Below, one piece after another: positions 8,884 through 18,689 of a stretch of DNA of 50,066 bases. Below the pieces are notes generated by a model that worked only from the letters and a program-made list of their open reading frames with translations, did no database searches and was not told the origin of the DNA. The stretch comes from an uncultured Bifidobacterium sp. (GTDB taxonomy: Bacteria > Bacteroidota > Bacteroidia > Chitinophagales > Chitinophagaceae): contig CAZFKA010000001.1 of the NCBI GenBank assembly GCA_964519155.1, positions 7,759-57,824 on the forward strand, in the 5' to 3' direction. Each line of letters begins with the position of its first letter. The first letter of the stretch is position 1. Position numbers and translations under genes: made by a program.

Positions 8884-9966
8884 ATGCCGTTAAAAAAAAA
8901 TTCCATTCATTTGAAAAAAAAATTCACATTTCTTTTCTTGTTAGTCTTAGGGCAGCATATGCATGCGCAAACAGCATTCGACATTGCTCAAGCAACGATT
9001 TGGAAATACCCGATCAGTAAATACGCAAGCGAAATTCCTTTGGTTGATGAAGACTATATTTATGTAGGCGCCGACAATTCGCCGGTGGTGTGTCTCGACA
9101 AAAACACCGGTAAAGAAAAATGGAAATTTCAAGTTCCGATGGGAGCCTATCCCAAAGGCTTTATTCATACCATTAGAGAACTCAATTCGGAAAAAATTGT
9201 GTTTAATGGAACCTCGAAAGATATTTTTTGTGCCGGGAAATCTGATGGCAAAATGATCTGGCGATATGACTGTAAATTTGATGATGATCTGTTTTCGAAA
9301 ATCACCGTCATTGACGACTGCATTTATGTGAATCCCTGCGAAAAAAACTTCCTGGCCATATCAGCAGCAGGCAAATTACGGTGGAAAACCGAACTCAAAA
9401 GCATTTGCACATCCTACACGATAGATAAGGATAAAATCTATTGCCAAATGACCGATGGTTTTTGTATAATCGATAAAAGAAACGGGCAGCTTCTTCGATC
9501 GAAAACTATTTTCGGTGAATCGCGGAATCAGGTATATGCGCCGGTTTGCCTTGGCAACAAATTGTATGTATGCAATAGTCGCGACAGCATGGTTTGTCTC
9601 GATAAAGAAACACTACAAGCAAAATGGGCATTGGCGTCGGTACATGGAATTTGCTTTGAAAACAATCATTTGTATGCCTGGAACGATACATCCTTTCATC
9701 AAATAAACCCGGACGATGGAAATAATATCTGGAATCTTACTGAAAATTTCAGTTGGTATCTGCAACCTAAAGAATTTTCATCGGTACTGTATCTGCAAAC
9801 CCGCCGTAAGTTTTTTATGATTGATATTTCTTCCGGCAAAACGCTCTATTCATCTGTTTATCCCGACAAGTCATATACCCAACCCATCGCCGATCGCGAA
9901 CTCCTTTATTTGGCTTATGCACAATATGTGACGGCTGTAAAAAATCCTTTGCAAAATAAAAAATAA
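8884..9966 (+). CDS. PQQ-like beta-propeller repeat protein (BamB-like fold), secreted
   Basis: 360 aa with a signal peptide (FTFLFLLVLGQHMHAQ). It has repeated ...G....W.. blades (KNTGKEKWKF, SDGKMIWRY, AAGKLRWKT, LQAKWAL, DGNNIWNL). Confidence 0.7.
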   Translation: MPLKKNSIHLKKKFTFLFLLVLGQHMHAQTAFDIAQATIWKYPISKYASEIPLVDEDYIYVGADNSPVVCLDKNTGKEKWKFQVPMGAYPKGFIHTIRELNSEKIVFNGTSKDIFCAGKSDGKMIWRYDCKFDDDLFSKITVIDDCIYVNPCEKNFLAISAAGKLRWKTELKSICTSYTIDKDKIYCQMTDGFCIIDKRNGQLLRSKTIFGESRNQVYAPVCLGNKLYVCNSRDSMVCLDKETLQAKWALASVHGICFENNHLYAWNDTSFHQINPDDGNNIWNLTENFSWYLQPKEFSSVLYLQTRRKFFMIDISSGKTLYSSVYPDKSYTQPIADRELLYLAYAQYVTAVKNPLQNKK

Positions 9967-10036
9967 TGATTGGTCTGTTTCAGCAACATAGTGGTGAGAA
10001 ATGTTTCTTTATTTTCAATTTTTTCTGAAAGTTTAG

Positions 10037-10044
10037 TATCTTTG
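10037..10044 (+). promoter_or_regulatory. -7 box candidate (TATCTTTG)
   Basis: Exact TAnnTTTG match 19 nt upstream of ATG 10063. It supports the shorter start for the next gene. Confidence 0.3.
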
Positions 10045-10062
10045 TATCAAAATACATTCCAT

Positions 10063-10425
10063 ATGAAAATCCAACCCTCCGATCTGAAACCCTACAAATC
10101 AATGGACACCGCTCTACAAACCCTGATCATCATTGTGGCTATTGTCGCAGCCCTAAGCTTCGAGTGGCACCGATGCAATTGCTTCCTGCCCTTGTTCGTG
10201 CTGTTTGCGCTAGCGCAGATGAGTAGCTTTTTTATTCATCATTATTATTTCCGTTCTTATCGTCAATCACCAGCGCGCAAAATCTATAAAGTCCTACTGA
10301 TCATTCATCATGTCCTGATCATCCCTTCCGCACTCATGATGTTTATTCCTTTAATGTTTACGGCTACCATCTTATGTATATTATACTATGGCATTACCGT
10401 GGTAGAATATGTTAAGTTGAAATAA
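10063..10425 (+). CDS. Small hypothetical membrane protein (3-4 TM)
   Basis: The track ORF begins at TTG 9970. The first ATG, at 10063 (MKIQPSDLKPYK...), is preceded by a -7 box. Hydrophobic helices and His-rich loops (FFIHHYYF, LIIHHVLI). No family recognised. Confidence 0.5.
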   Translation: MKIQPSDLKPYKSMDTALQTLIIIVAIVAALSFEWHRCNCFLPLFVLFALAQMSSFFIHHYYFRSYRQSPARKIYKVLLIIHHVLIIPSALMMFIPLMFTATILCILYYGITVVEYVKLK

Positions 10426-10443
10426 GTTAACCCAACACTTCAA

Positions 10444-11289
10444 ATGAAAACCTTTATGCAAAACAAACCCTTTTATATACTGCTTTACGACAGTGATTGT
10501 CCTTTATGTTCAACCTATACCCGTTGGTTTGTTCAAGCGGGTTTACTGAATGCCGATGGTCGTCTGGCGTATCATTTAATGCATTTCGCTCATACACCGA
10601 TCGATGCCATTAAAGCTCGGAACCGAATTGCGCTTTACCAACCTCATATCCAACAAGTCTATTATGGTATCGATGCGTTGGATAAGATCATCAGTGCAAA
10701 ATTTCCTTTCGTTCATACGTGCTTGTCCTTCAAACCCCTTTATGCGTTCATGAATGCATTGTATGATCTGATCTCTTATAATCGAAAAATAATTGTACCC
10801 GTTTCCTGTACACTTACCCAAGGCTGTTCACCTGATCGCAGTTGGTTTTGGCGCCTAGCGTTTGTACTTTTCTCGGGCATCGCTTTTGCATCGGCTTTCA
10901 GCGGATTTGCTCACGCAGCAGGTATTCGCGAAACCGTGCTGAATGCTCCCGGCATATTACTTTGCTTTTTCATTTTGCAATTGCTTGTGCAAGGTTTGAT
11001 TGGCCGTTTTACCAAGTTCTTCAATGCATACGCCTATATAGGTCACAATGCCTTTGTCTATTTTTCAGGCACTTTGTTGCTCGGCTTGTCACAACATTTT
11101 CTGAAATGGCTCTCCTTTCTGCAAATGGACACGAGTATGCCGGCTCTTTTCATCTATGTGGGGGTGAGTATTTTTATGTTCTTTGCGCATATCCGTCGAA
11201 TGATGATCAGCGTAACTTGTCGATGGCTGAGTTTCACCTGGATGATTGCCTACATCGTAATGACCATCGTTGCCGCAACCGAGCGGTAG
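10444..11289 (+). CDS. DCC-family (DUF393) thiol-disulfide oxidoreductase fused to a C-terminal multi-TM domain
   Basis: 281 aa. The N-terminal LYDSDCPLCSTY matches the DCC C-x-x-C signature. About 150 C-terminal residues form 4 or more predicted TM helices. Confidence 0.75.
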   Translation: MKTFMQNKPFYILLYDSDCPLCSTYTRWFVQAGLLNADGRLAYHLMHFAHTPIDAIKARNRIALYQPHIQQVYYGIDALDKIISAKFPFVHTCLSFKPLYAFMNALYDLISYNRKIIVPVSCTLTQGCSPDRSWFWRLAFVLFSGIAFASAFSGFAHAAGIRETVLNAPGILLCFFILQLLVQGLIGRFTKFFNAYAYIGHNAFVYFSGTLLLGLSQHFLKWLSFLQMDTSMPALFIYVGVSIFMFFAHIRRMMISVTCRWLSFTWMIAYIVMTIVAATER

Positions 11290-11370
11290 AAAACCTTCCC
11301 TTGATACTGAAGACCAGAAAGCTCTGGTTTGCGAAATTCCGTCAAACATGCCTTAACTTTGACGATTCCC

Positions 11371-13023
11371 ATGACGGTATTACTCACCACCCTTAATGCC
11401 AAATATATCCACAGTAATCTGGCGATTCGTTTGTTGTATCAGTTGAATAAGGACACAAACGGTTTGCACTGGAAAGAATTCACCATCAAAGAACCGCCTA
11501 CTGAGGTTGCCCTTCATTGTAGTAATTACGATCTTGTAGCGTTCAGCGTGTATATCTGGAATCTCACCCAAACACTGGAGGTTTGCCGCTTGATCAAGCA
11601 ATTGAACCCTTCAGTAAAAATCATGTTGGGAGGACCGGAAGTCAGTTACGAATATGAACCGGTGATTATGCTCGATCACATTGATTATATCGTGGTCGGT
11701 GAAGGAGAAACGCCCTTTGCAAAATTTTTGGCAGGCAATACACCGGTAGAAAACATCCCGGGTATCGTATCAAAAAAAGACGGACGTCTACATTATCTTC
11801 CGAATGCGGAAACGTTCGATTTACGCCTCCTTGAACCGATCAATCCCTATGCAGATGATAGTCCGGCAGAACTCTATAATAAAGTACTGTATGTGGAAAC
11901 ATCGAGAGGTTGCCCGTACAAATGTGCTTTTTGCCTGGCCAGTCTCGACAATAAGGTTCGCTATCTCTCGATGCCGAGAATCAAGGAAAATTTGTTGTTT
12001 CTTATGACCCATGGTCGCGTCATCAAGTTTTTAGACCGCACCTTTAATGTCAAAAAAGACTTTACCATTGAGGTTTTTCAATTCATTCTTGATCATCATC
12101 GTTCGGGAAATATTTTTCAGTTTGAGATCACGGCTGATATTTTGCATGCTGACATCATTCAGTTTATTCACCACCATGTACCCAAAGGATTGTTCAGGTT
12201 TGAGATCGGGATACAAACGGTGAATCAGCAGGCCAATCTGGAAGTAATGCGTAAACAAAATTTTCTCAAAACGAAAGGGGTCATTGAGCAAGTCAGGGAT
12301 AAAGTTGATATGCACCTCGATCTGATCGTTGGTTTACCCTTCGACTATTGGGCGGATGTGAAAAATAGTATTGAAGAGGTTTTCAAGATTTTCCCCCCTG
12401 AGTTGCAACTTGGCTTTCTGAAATTTCTGAAAGGAACACCTGTTCGGGACAATTACGAAAAACACCATTATGTATTTGATCATCTTCCCCCCTACCAGAT
12501 CATTGAAAGCGATTACCTGAGCAAAGAAGAATTGCAAGAGATCACACAACTCGAATTTGCGTTGGAAGCTTATTGGAATAAAAAAAGACTGATCAATACA
12601 CTGAAGTATATCACGTTGCATTACAGTATTTTCGATTTCCTGCTTGGGTTGGGAAAATATTTCGGTACCCGTAGCGACTACCATCGTTATGGTCTGGATA
12701 CGTTGTACATATTGGCCAATGAGTATATCCAATTACACTTTGGGCACGACCCGATACTGCCACAATTGCTGGCCGTTGATTATTATCTTCATCACAAAAT
12801 TAAACCGAGAACACAGTTTCTACCGGAACTTTCAAAGGACGAAAGGAGTAAATTGATTCTCGCGCGCAAACTGAATCATCATAAATACCGATTCAGTATC
12901 CTTGACTTAGATTTTGATTTTGTTCATTTTCAGCGAAATCATACCATACGCAAAAGCCTGCATCCGCTCGTGATTCAATATAATGGAACTACACAGGCAG
13001 TTGTAGTCGATCAGGAAAATTGA
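11371..13023 (+). CDS. B12-binding-domain radical SAM protein (DUF4080-type C-terminus)
   Basis: It has the radical SAM cluster motif SRGCPYKCAFC (C-x3-C-x2-C). The N-terminal region LLTTLNAKYIHSNLAIRLL is typical of the B12-binding class. The track start is TTG 11329, but ATG 11371 is preferred. Confidence 0.85.
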   Translation: MTVLLTTLNAKYIHSNLAIRLLYQLNKDTNGLHWKEFTIKEPPTEVALHCSNYDLVAFSVYIWNLTQTLEVCRLIKQLNPSVKIMLGGPEVSYEYEPVIMLDHIDYIVVGEGETPFAKFLAGNTPVENIPGIVSKKDGRLHYLPNAETFDLRLLEPINPYADDSPAELYNKVLYVETSRGCPYKCAFCLASLDNKVRYLSMPRIKENLLFLMTHGRVIKFLDRTFNVKKDFTIEVFQFILDHHRSGNIFQFEITADILHADIIQFIHHHVPKGLFRFEIGIQTVNQQANLEVMRKQNFLKTKGVIEQVRDKVDMHLDLIVGLPFDYWADVKNSIEEVFKIFPPELQLGFLKFLKGTPVRDNYEKHHYVFDHLPPYQIIESDYLSKEELQEITQLEFALEAYWNKKRLINTLKYITLHYSIFDFLLGLGKYFGTRSDYHRYGLDTLYILANEYIQLHFGHDPILPQLLAVDYYLHHKIKPRTQFLPELSKDERSKLILARKLNHHKYRFSILDLDFDFVHFQRNHTIRKSLHPLVIQYNGTTQAVVVDQEN

Positions 13024-13916
13024 TCCACAAACCGGTATAAATTAAATTCGCCCTGCAGAACAGCTTCGCGAATCAGGTTATGCAGAACGGCTTTGCTGAT
13101 ATCCCGCATACGTTTTTGCTGAATGAGTTGAAAAGCTTTCATACTCAACAAGTCGACACGCTTTTGTTGATTCAGGTGTGTATATTGGTGATGAGCATCA
13201 ATCGCTTCCACTACTTCGCTAATCCCTTTATTTTCTGAGGCGATGGTTTTTATTACCGGAATTTCCCATTCACCCGCTTTCTGATGACTCAGTATTTTCA
13301 GATTTTTGACAAACTCGTCAGCCTGATGGCGATCACCTTTATTGACAATAAAAATATCAGCAATTTCCATGACACCGGCTTTCATGGTTTGTATTTCATC
13401 TCCGGCTTCAGGCACCAGGGTCACAATACTGCAATCAGCAACACCCGCAATTTCTACTTCACTTTGTCCTACGCCTACGGTTTCGACACAGATATAATCG
13501 AATTGAGCCGCCCTCAATACATCCAGCATTTCTATAATATGCGCGCAAAGTCCACCTAATGATCCCCGGCTCGCTACCGAACGAATATACACAAGCGGAT
13601 TAAGGTAAAATTCACTCATGCGCACCCGATCGCCCAGCAAAGCACCATAATTAAACGGCGACGAGGGATCGACGGACAGCACGGCAACCCGATGATGCTG
13701 TGCGGTAAAATAATGCAATAGGGCATTGATCAACGTGCTTTTGCCCGCACCGGGAGGCCCGGTAATGCCAATTACTTTTGTATGTTTGTTCATCACAAGA
13801 CCTTTCAGCAATTCATCGCTGGACGGCAATTCATTTTCCACCAGACTGAGTGCTTTCGCGAGTGTGGCAAAATCGCCCTGACTAATCTTTTGAAGAATAT
13901 TTGCGAGGTCGGACAC
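13011..13916 (-). CDS. meaB: MeaB/ArgK-type G3E-family GTPase (metallochaperone of B12 mutases)
   Basis: 301 aa with the P-loop GPPGAGKST and an NKxD-like VNKGD. The layout is MeaB-like. The 3' end overlaps the radical SAM gene by 13 nt (13011-13023). Confidence 0.85.
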   Translation of the reverse strand: MSDLANILQKISQGDFATLAKALSLVENELPSSDELLKGLVMNKHTKVIGITGPPGAGKSTLINALLHYFTAQHHRVAVLSVDPSSPFNYGALLGDRVRMSEFYLNPLVYIRSVASRGSLGGLCAHIIEMLDVLRAAQFDYICVETVGVGQSEVEIAGVADCSIVTLVPEAGDEIQTMKAGVMEIADIFIVNKGDRHQADEFVKNLKILSHQKAGEWEIPVIKTIASENKGISEVVEAIDAHHQYTHLNQQKRVDLLSMKAFQLIQQKRMRDISKAVLHNLIREAVLQGEFNLYRFVDQFS

Positions 13917-13980
13917 AATATTTTTTTTGAATTTGAGTTTTTAGCGATGCAGCGCAAAAGTAATCTTCCCAACGTTCACT

Positions 13981-15264
13981 TTGCAAATATTTGATTTTTA
14001 TCTTCGCATAAATCTTTTATCGCTTTTGAAAAAAATTTTGACCGGCTTTTTGCAAAGTTTACCCCTTGATGTAATCTCTTTTGTGGGGTGTGTAACGGTC
14101 ATCAGTGGGATGTATACCGGCCGTGCCTTGATGAGTATTGGGATGATGATATTGGTGGGCGCTGCATTTCTTCAGGTTGAACTGCCGACCCATATCCGTG
14201 GCTTTGTAAAAAAACCACATCTGCTGCTGATCACAGGATATTTTCTGCTGTTTGCCCTTTCGTTCTTTTGGTCTGCCGATCAGCACTATTTCCGCGAAAG
14301 GATGCAGATCATGTTACCTTTTTTGCTTTTGCCATTTTCATTTTTCTCCATGAACCGATGGGAGATGAAATGGTATGATCTGCTGTTGATGCTGTTTATA
14401 CTGTTGAATCTGTCCGGTATCGGTTGGAGTCTTCAACAATATTATCAACATAAAGAAAGTTTCGATACGGGTTATGGGTTTTCAAAAGTTATACCCACAC
14501 CCTTCAAAAACGATCATATCCGATTTAGTCTTGCTGTCGTGATGAGTATCTGCTTTTGCGCCGATTTATTTACCCGATATTCCCGTCCGCTCGGAAGAAT
14601 TTTGTTGATCTTTATTGCTCTGATCGACATTCTTTATCTCCATATTTTGTCAGCCAAATCAGGCATCGTCGCGTTTTATCTGGTGGCCCTTATCGCTATT
14701 ATACAAGTCATTTTTTCTACACGTTTTCGTAAGCTCGGGGTGGCGTCTTTATTTGTACTGTGTACACTTCCCTTTGTGATGTATCTTGTTTTTCCATCCT
14801 TCAAAAATAAGATTGGCTATATCCGATATTCTATCGACCAAATGCGGAATGCCGACAAAGAAACTAATATCAGTGATGAGGGGCGACTCATTTCGTATCA
14901 GTACGCATGGCAAATTATACGCGACCATCCACTGCATGGTGTGGGCTTAGGTGATGTTTATACCGAAATGAATAAAAAATACACAGTTGATTTTCCGGAT
15001 AAAAAAGTTGAAGTCCTCTTGCCGCATAATCAGTTCTTAATGGCGGGCGTTGCCCTAGGGGTTGGCGGAATCATTTATTTATTGCTGATGCAGATTTCCA
15101 TTTACCGACTCGTTAAGAAAAATGATTTTCTATACCTGAGCTTTTGCCTGATCACTTTCTTTGCCATGATGATTGAGCCTTTGTATGAAACACAATATGG
15201 TACCTGTATTTTCCTTTTCTTCTTATTGCTGTTGATGAAGCGATCGAAATATCATTTAGCTTAA
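13981..15264 (+). CDS. O-antigen ligase/polymerase-like (Wzy_C) integral membrane protein
   Basis: 427 aa with about 10 or more TM helices and a larger loop (RNADKETNISDEGRLISYQYAW..HPLHGVGLG) like O-antigen ligase family proteins. The start is uncertain: TTG 13981 in the track, next in-frame ATG at 14110. Confidence 0.6.
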   Translation: MQIFDFYLRINLLSLLKKILTGFLQSLPLDVISFVGCVTVISGMYTGRALMSIGMMILVGAAFLQVELPTHIRGFVKKPHLLLITGYFLLFALSFFWSADQHYFRERMQIMLPFLLLPFSFFSMNRWEMKWYDLLLMLFILLNLSGIGWSLQQYYQHKESFDTGYGFSKVIPTPFKNDHIRFSLAVVMSICFCADLFTRYSRPLGRILLIFIALIDILYLHILSAKSGIVAFYLVALIAIIQVIFSTRFRKLGVASLFVLCTLPFVMYLVFPSFKNKIGYIRYSIDQMRNADKETNISDEGRLISYQYAWQIIRDHPLHGVGLGDVYTEMNKKYTVDFPDKKVEVLLPHNQFLMAGVALGVGGIIYLLLMQISIYRLVKKNDFLYLSFCLITFFAMMIEPLYETQYGTCIFLFFLLLLMKRSKYHLA

Positions 15265-15451
15265 AACAACTCAACAGAATCACTATATGCGACACAGCAT
15301 TAGGCGTTATGTTCTTTACCGCAAGCGGATCCATTGACACCATACTCCGAATAAAAGCTGCACTGCAAACTCATCGCTTTACCTCCAGTGATCGCTTTCG
15401 ATTTAGCGCAAAACACAGATTGAAAAATGTTTTGTGTAGTATATTTACGAC

Positions 15452-18400
15452 ATGAATCCAACACTACATTACACCCGATTTTTCTTGTTTTCTTTCATCA
15501 TTTTCTTATTTGCAGGTGTACAACTAAAGGCTCAGCGAAATGCAGACGGCTTTTCGAAATATGTTAATCCGTTTATCGGAACCGGTGGGCATGGTCATAC
15601 CTTTCCCGGCCCCACAATGCCGTTCGGGGGCTGTCAGGTGGGTCCCGATACACGACTAGAAGGGTGGGACGGTTGCAGCGGTTATCATTACTCCGATTCG
15701 GTGATCTTTGGATTTAGTCATACCCATTTAAGCGGTACCGGTTGCAGCGATTATGGCGATATATTGTTGATGCCGGTCACGCAAAATATGAACCTCGACA
15801 ACTATCAGTATGCTTCACGATTTTCACATACAAAAGAGTGGGCCCAGGCCGGCTATTATAGGGTAAAACTTGAACAAACGGGCATCGACGTCGAACTAAC
15901 ACCCACGCTACATGGAGCCATGCATCGATACCACTATCCGATGGGAGCCGATATGTATGTTGTGCTCGATTTGAAACATCGCGATCAGGTGTTGGATTGC
16001 AAAATGGAAAAAGTGGATGACTATACCATCAGAGGATATCGGTTTTCGAAAGCCTGGGCACAAAACCAAAAAGTATTTTTTGAGATCCGGTTTTCACAAC
16101 CGATTGAAGGCATTATCTACGATGCAGCGCCAACGGGTAGTCAGACCACGTTTATTCAAACGGAAAAGTCAAAACATTGTATTATCCAATTTGAAAACCC
16201 CTTGAAATATCAGTCGTCAAGCCTTCCAACTTTACTGGCAAAAGTTGCCATCAGTGGGGTAGACGAAGAGGGCGCACACCTGAATTTGAGCGAAGAAATG
16301 CCAGACTGGGAATTTGATAAATACCACCAACGCGCTACAGCAGAATGGGATAAGGAATTGGCGAAAATAAGTGTGCAAGATGAACCCGGATCGAACGCAA
16401 AAGCCATGAAAGAAAAACTGACCATCTTTTATACAGCCTTATATCACTGTATGATTCACCCCAGTATATACAATGATGTTGACGGACGATACCGGGGGAG
16501 AGACGACCGCATTCATCAGACAAAAGGAAAATTCAATTATTATACAGTCTTTAGTTTGTGGGATACGTATCGTGCGCTCCACCCCTTGCTAACGCTGATC
16601 GACAAAAAGAGAACCAACGATTTCATCAACACGTTTATTAAACAATACGAGCAAGGAGGACGTTTACCGATATGGGAACTCAGCAGCAATGAAACCAATT
16701 GTATGATCGGGTATCATGTTGTAAGTGTGATCTGGGATGCCTACAACAAGGGCATTGATGATTTTGATGTCGAAAAAGCTTATGAAGCCATGACGAGTAT
16801 CGCCACCCATGCTAGTGATTATGATACGCTTCAAAAAAACAAGCAAATTGAACCACAGTCGGCTAATACAGGTATATTGCCTGAAGACATTGTATTGAAA
16901 GAAGAAGCGAGAGCCGGTGCGGCAGATGCAGATGCCCTGGAAAGCTATTGCCGTTACGGATACGTTCGTTCAGACGATTCGCATGAGAGTGTGAGTAAAA
17001 CCCTCGAATATGCCTACAACGATTGGTGCATCGCACAAATGGCTAAAGCCTTGGGCAAAAATGAAGATTATCTGTATTATCGTACCCGAAGCCTGAACTG
17101 GCGCAATGTGTACGATCCGGTCAGCGGCTTTATGCGGGCGAGAAAAAATGCTTGTCTGTACGCACCGTTTTCACCCTATACGGTCGACAACAATTATACG
17201 GAAGCCAATAGTTGGCAATACAGCTTTTATGTACCCCACGATGAGGAAATTTTCAGACAGTTTGCCACCAAAATGCCTTTCGATAGTTTGTATCAACAAT
17301 TATTATCGGCTAAAACACAGACAGAAGGCCGTGAACAGGCTGATATTACCGGCCTGATCGGTCAGTATGCGCATGGCAACGAACCCAGTCATCATATTTT
17401 GTATATGAAAAATCAACTTCAGCCCGACAATGCCGAAATAGAAAAAGTAAAAAGAGAATTTTATGCAAACGACCCCGATGGACTGATCGGCAATGAAGAT
17501 TGCGGACAAATGAGTGCGTGGTTTGTCATGAGTTCACTCGGTTTGTATCAGGTTTGCCCGGGCAGGAATGTATTTGCCAAAACCGATCCTGATTTTTCAT
17601 CAATCGAAATGCACGATGATGCGGGACATGAATGGCATATTCAATCAAGCGGTGTTCATCAGGGTAAGGCTCAAGCACTCGATTGGCAAGGTAATATTGA
17701 CCAGGTAGGACGGCAAGATACCGTAACACAATATTTCTACCGAACATTCCCCGCCAAGGTAAAAGCAGCCAGGGAAACCCAACACGATTGGGACGAAATG
17801 CACGATATGCCTCCGGCGAACCCTTTCATCACCAATGCCAAAAGAAATTTCAAAGATGCTGTACAGGTGGAGATTCAAATGATCGCAAACTATGCGCAGG
17901 GAAGTCATATCGAATCGGCGACAGAGATCGTATACAGTCTTAATGATGCCGATTATACTCAGTATACAGAACCGCTACACCTTAGCGAAAATGCGACGAT
18001 ACGATTTTATACACGCAAAAAAGGTAAATACAGTACCCGTAGCCCAATACAAGTGGCTACATTCACCAAAATACCATCTGACCGACATATTATTTTACAC
18101 AATCAGTTTAACCCTTCGTACAGTGCGGGCGGTGCTGACGGATTGATGGACGGTATTTTTGGCAAGCTCAACTGGCGAGCGGGCGACTGGCAAGGCTATC
18201 AGGGACAGGATGTGGAAGTCGTCATGGCTTTCGATGAACCCAGAAAAATCAATAGTGTTGCCGCAAATTTTCTGGAAGATCAAAATTCATGGATCTTTTA
18301 TCCGAAAGAAGTCTCCTTTTATATAAGTAATGATTCCTTGCATTGGACTTTGCTCGAAGACATCCCTACCCATAAATCAGACCATGCCGAGCAAACGACG

Positions 18401-18547
18401 ATCACCCTTTTCAGCACAACAAAAGTTGATCAGTCGAAAGTCAAATATGTAAAGATGCGGGCAAAAAATTTTGGTCCTATGCCCCAATGGCATGAAGGCA
18501 GAGGGAATCCGACTTTTATTTTTTTAGACGAGTTTGAAGTGAAATAA
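15452..18547 (+). CDS. GH92-family alpha-mannosidase with C-terminal discoidin (F5/8 type C)-like domain
   Basis: 1031 aa with a signal peptide. It has GH92 hallmarks (VNPFIGTGGHGHTFPGPTMPFG, FSHTHLSGTG, GNEPSHH, NEDCGQMSAWF). The C-terminal ~150 aa look like a carbohydrate-binding jelly roll. Confidence 0.9.
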   Translation: MNPTLHYTRFFLFSFIIFLFAGVQLKAQRNADGFSKYVNPFIGTGGHGHTFPGPTMPFGGCQVGPDTRLEGWDGCSGYHYSDSVIFGFSHTHLSGTGCSDYGDILLMPVTQNMNLDNYQYASRFSHTKEWAQAGYYRVKLEQTGIDVELTPTLHGAMHRYHYPMGADMYVVLDLKHRDQVLDCKMEKVDDYTIRGYRFSKAWAQNQKVFFEIRFSQPIEGIIYDAAPTGSQTTFIQTEKSKHCIIQFENPLKYQSSSLPTLLAKVAISGVDEEGAHLNLSEEMPDWEFDKYHQRATAEWDKELAKISVQDEPGSNAKAMKEKLTIFYTALYHCMIHPSIYNDVDGRYRGRDDRIHQTKGKFNYYTVFSLWDTYRALHPLLTLIDKKRTNDFINTFIKQYEQGGRLPIWELSSNETNCMIGYHVVSVIWDAYNKGIDDFDVEKAYEAMTSIATHASDYDTLQKNKQIEPQSANTGILPEDIVLKEEARAGAADADALESYCRYGYVRSDDSHESVSKTLEYAYNDWCIAQMAKALGKNEDYLYYRTRSLNWRNVYDPVSGFMRARKNACLYAPFSPYTVDNNYTEANSWQYSFYVPHDEEIFRQFATKMPFDSLYQQLLSAKTQTEGREQADITGLIGQYAHGNEPSHHILYMKNQLQPDNAEIEKVKREFYANDPDGLIGNEDCGQMSAWFVMSSLGLYQVCPGRNVFAKTDPDFSSIEMHDDAGHEWHIQSSGVHQGKAQALDWQGNIDQVGRQDTVTQYFYRTFPAKVKAARETQHDWDEMHDMPPANPFITNAKRNFKDAVQVEIQMIANYAQGSHIESATEIVYSLNDADYTQYTEPLHLSENATIRFYTRKKGKYSTRSPIQVATFTKIPSDRHIILHNQFNPSYSAGGADGLMDGIFGKLNWRAGDWQGYQGQDVEVVMAFDEPRKINSVAANFLEDQNSWIFYPKEVSFYISNDSLHWTLLEDIPTHKSDHAEQTTITLFSTTKVDQSKVKYVKMRAKNFGPMPQWHEGRGNPTFIFLDEFEVK

Positions 18548-18612
18548 CGGCAAGCCTTTGCAAATCCTTGGCGTTGATGCGACTACATCAAGGGCCGAAT
18601 TCAGCATTTACC

Positions 18613-18644
18613 AAAAAAAAAGCCCAATCGTGTTTCGATTGAGC
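18613..18644 (-). terminator. Rho-independent terminator after the LolA-like gene
   Basis: Stem gcccaatcg (18622-18630) pairs with cgattgagc (18636-18644) at 8 of 9 positions, with a 5-nt loop. On the minus strand it is followed by T9 (A-run 18613-18621). Confidence 0.6.
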
Positions 18645-18689
18645 ATATGAAAGATTATTTAATTCCGGAAAAAACCATCCGCGAAAAGA

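Noticed and set aside
10842-11396. 184-aa plus-strand ORF bridging the DCC gene and the radical SAM gene.
   Set aside because: It is out of frame over the DCC membrane domain, with a Cys/Arg-rich low-complexity product. The DCC frame has coherent TM helices.
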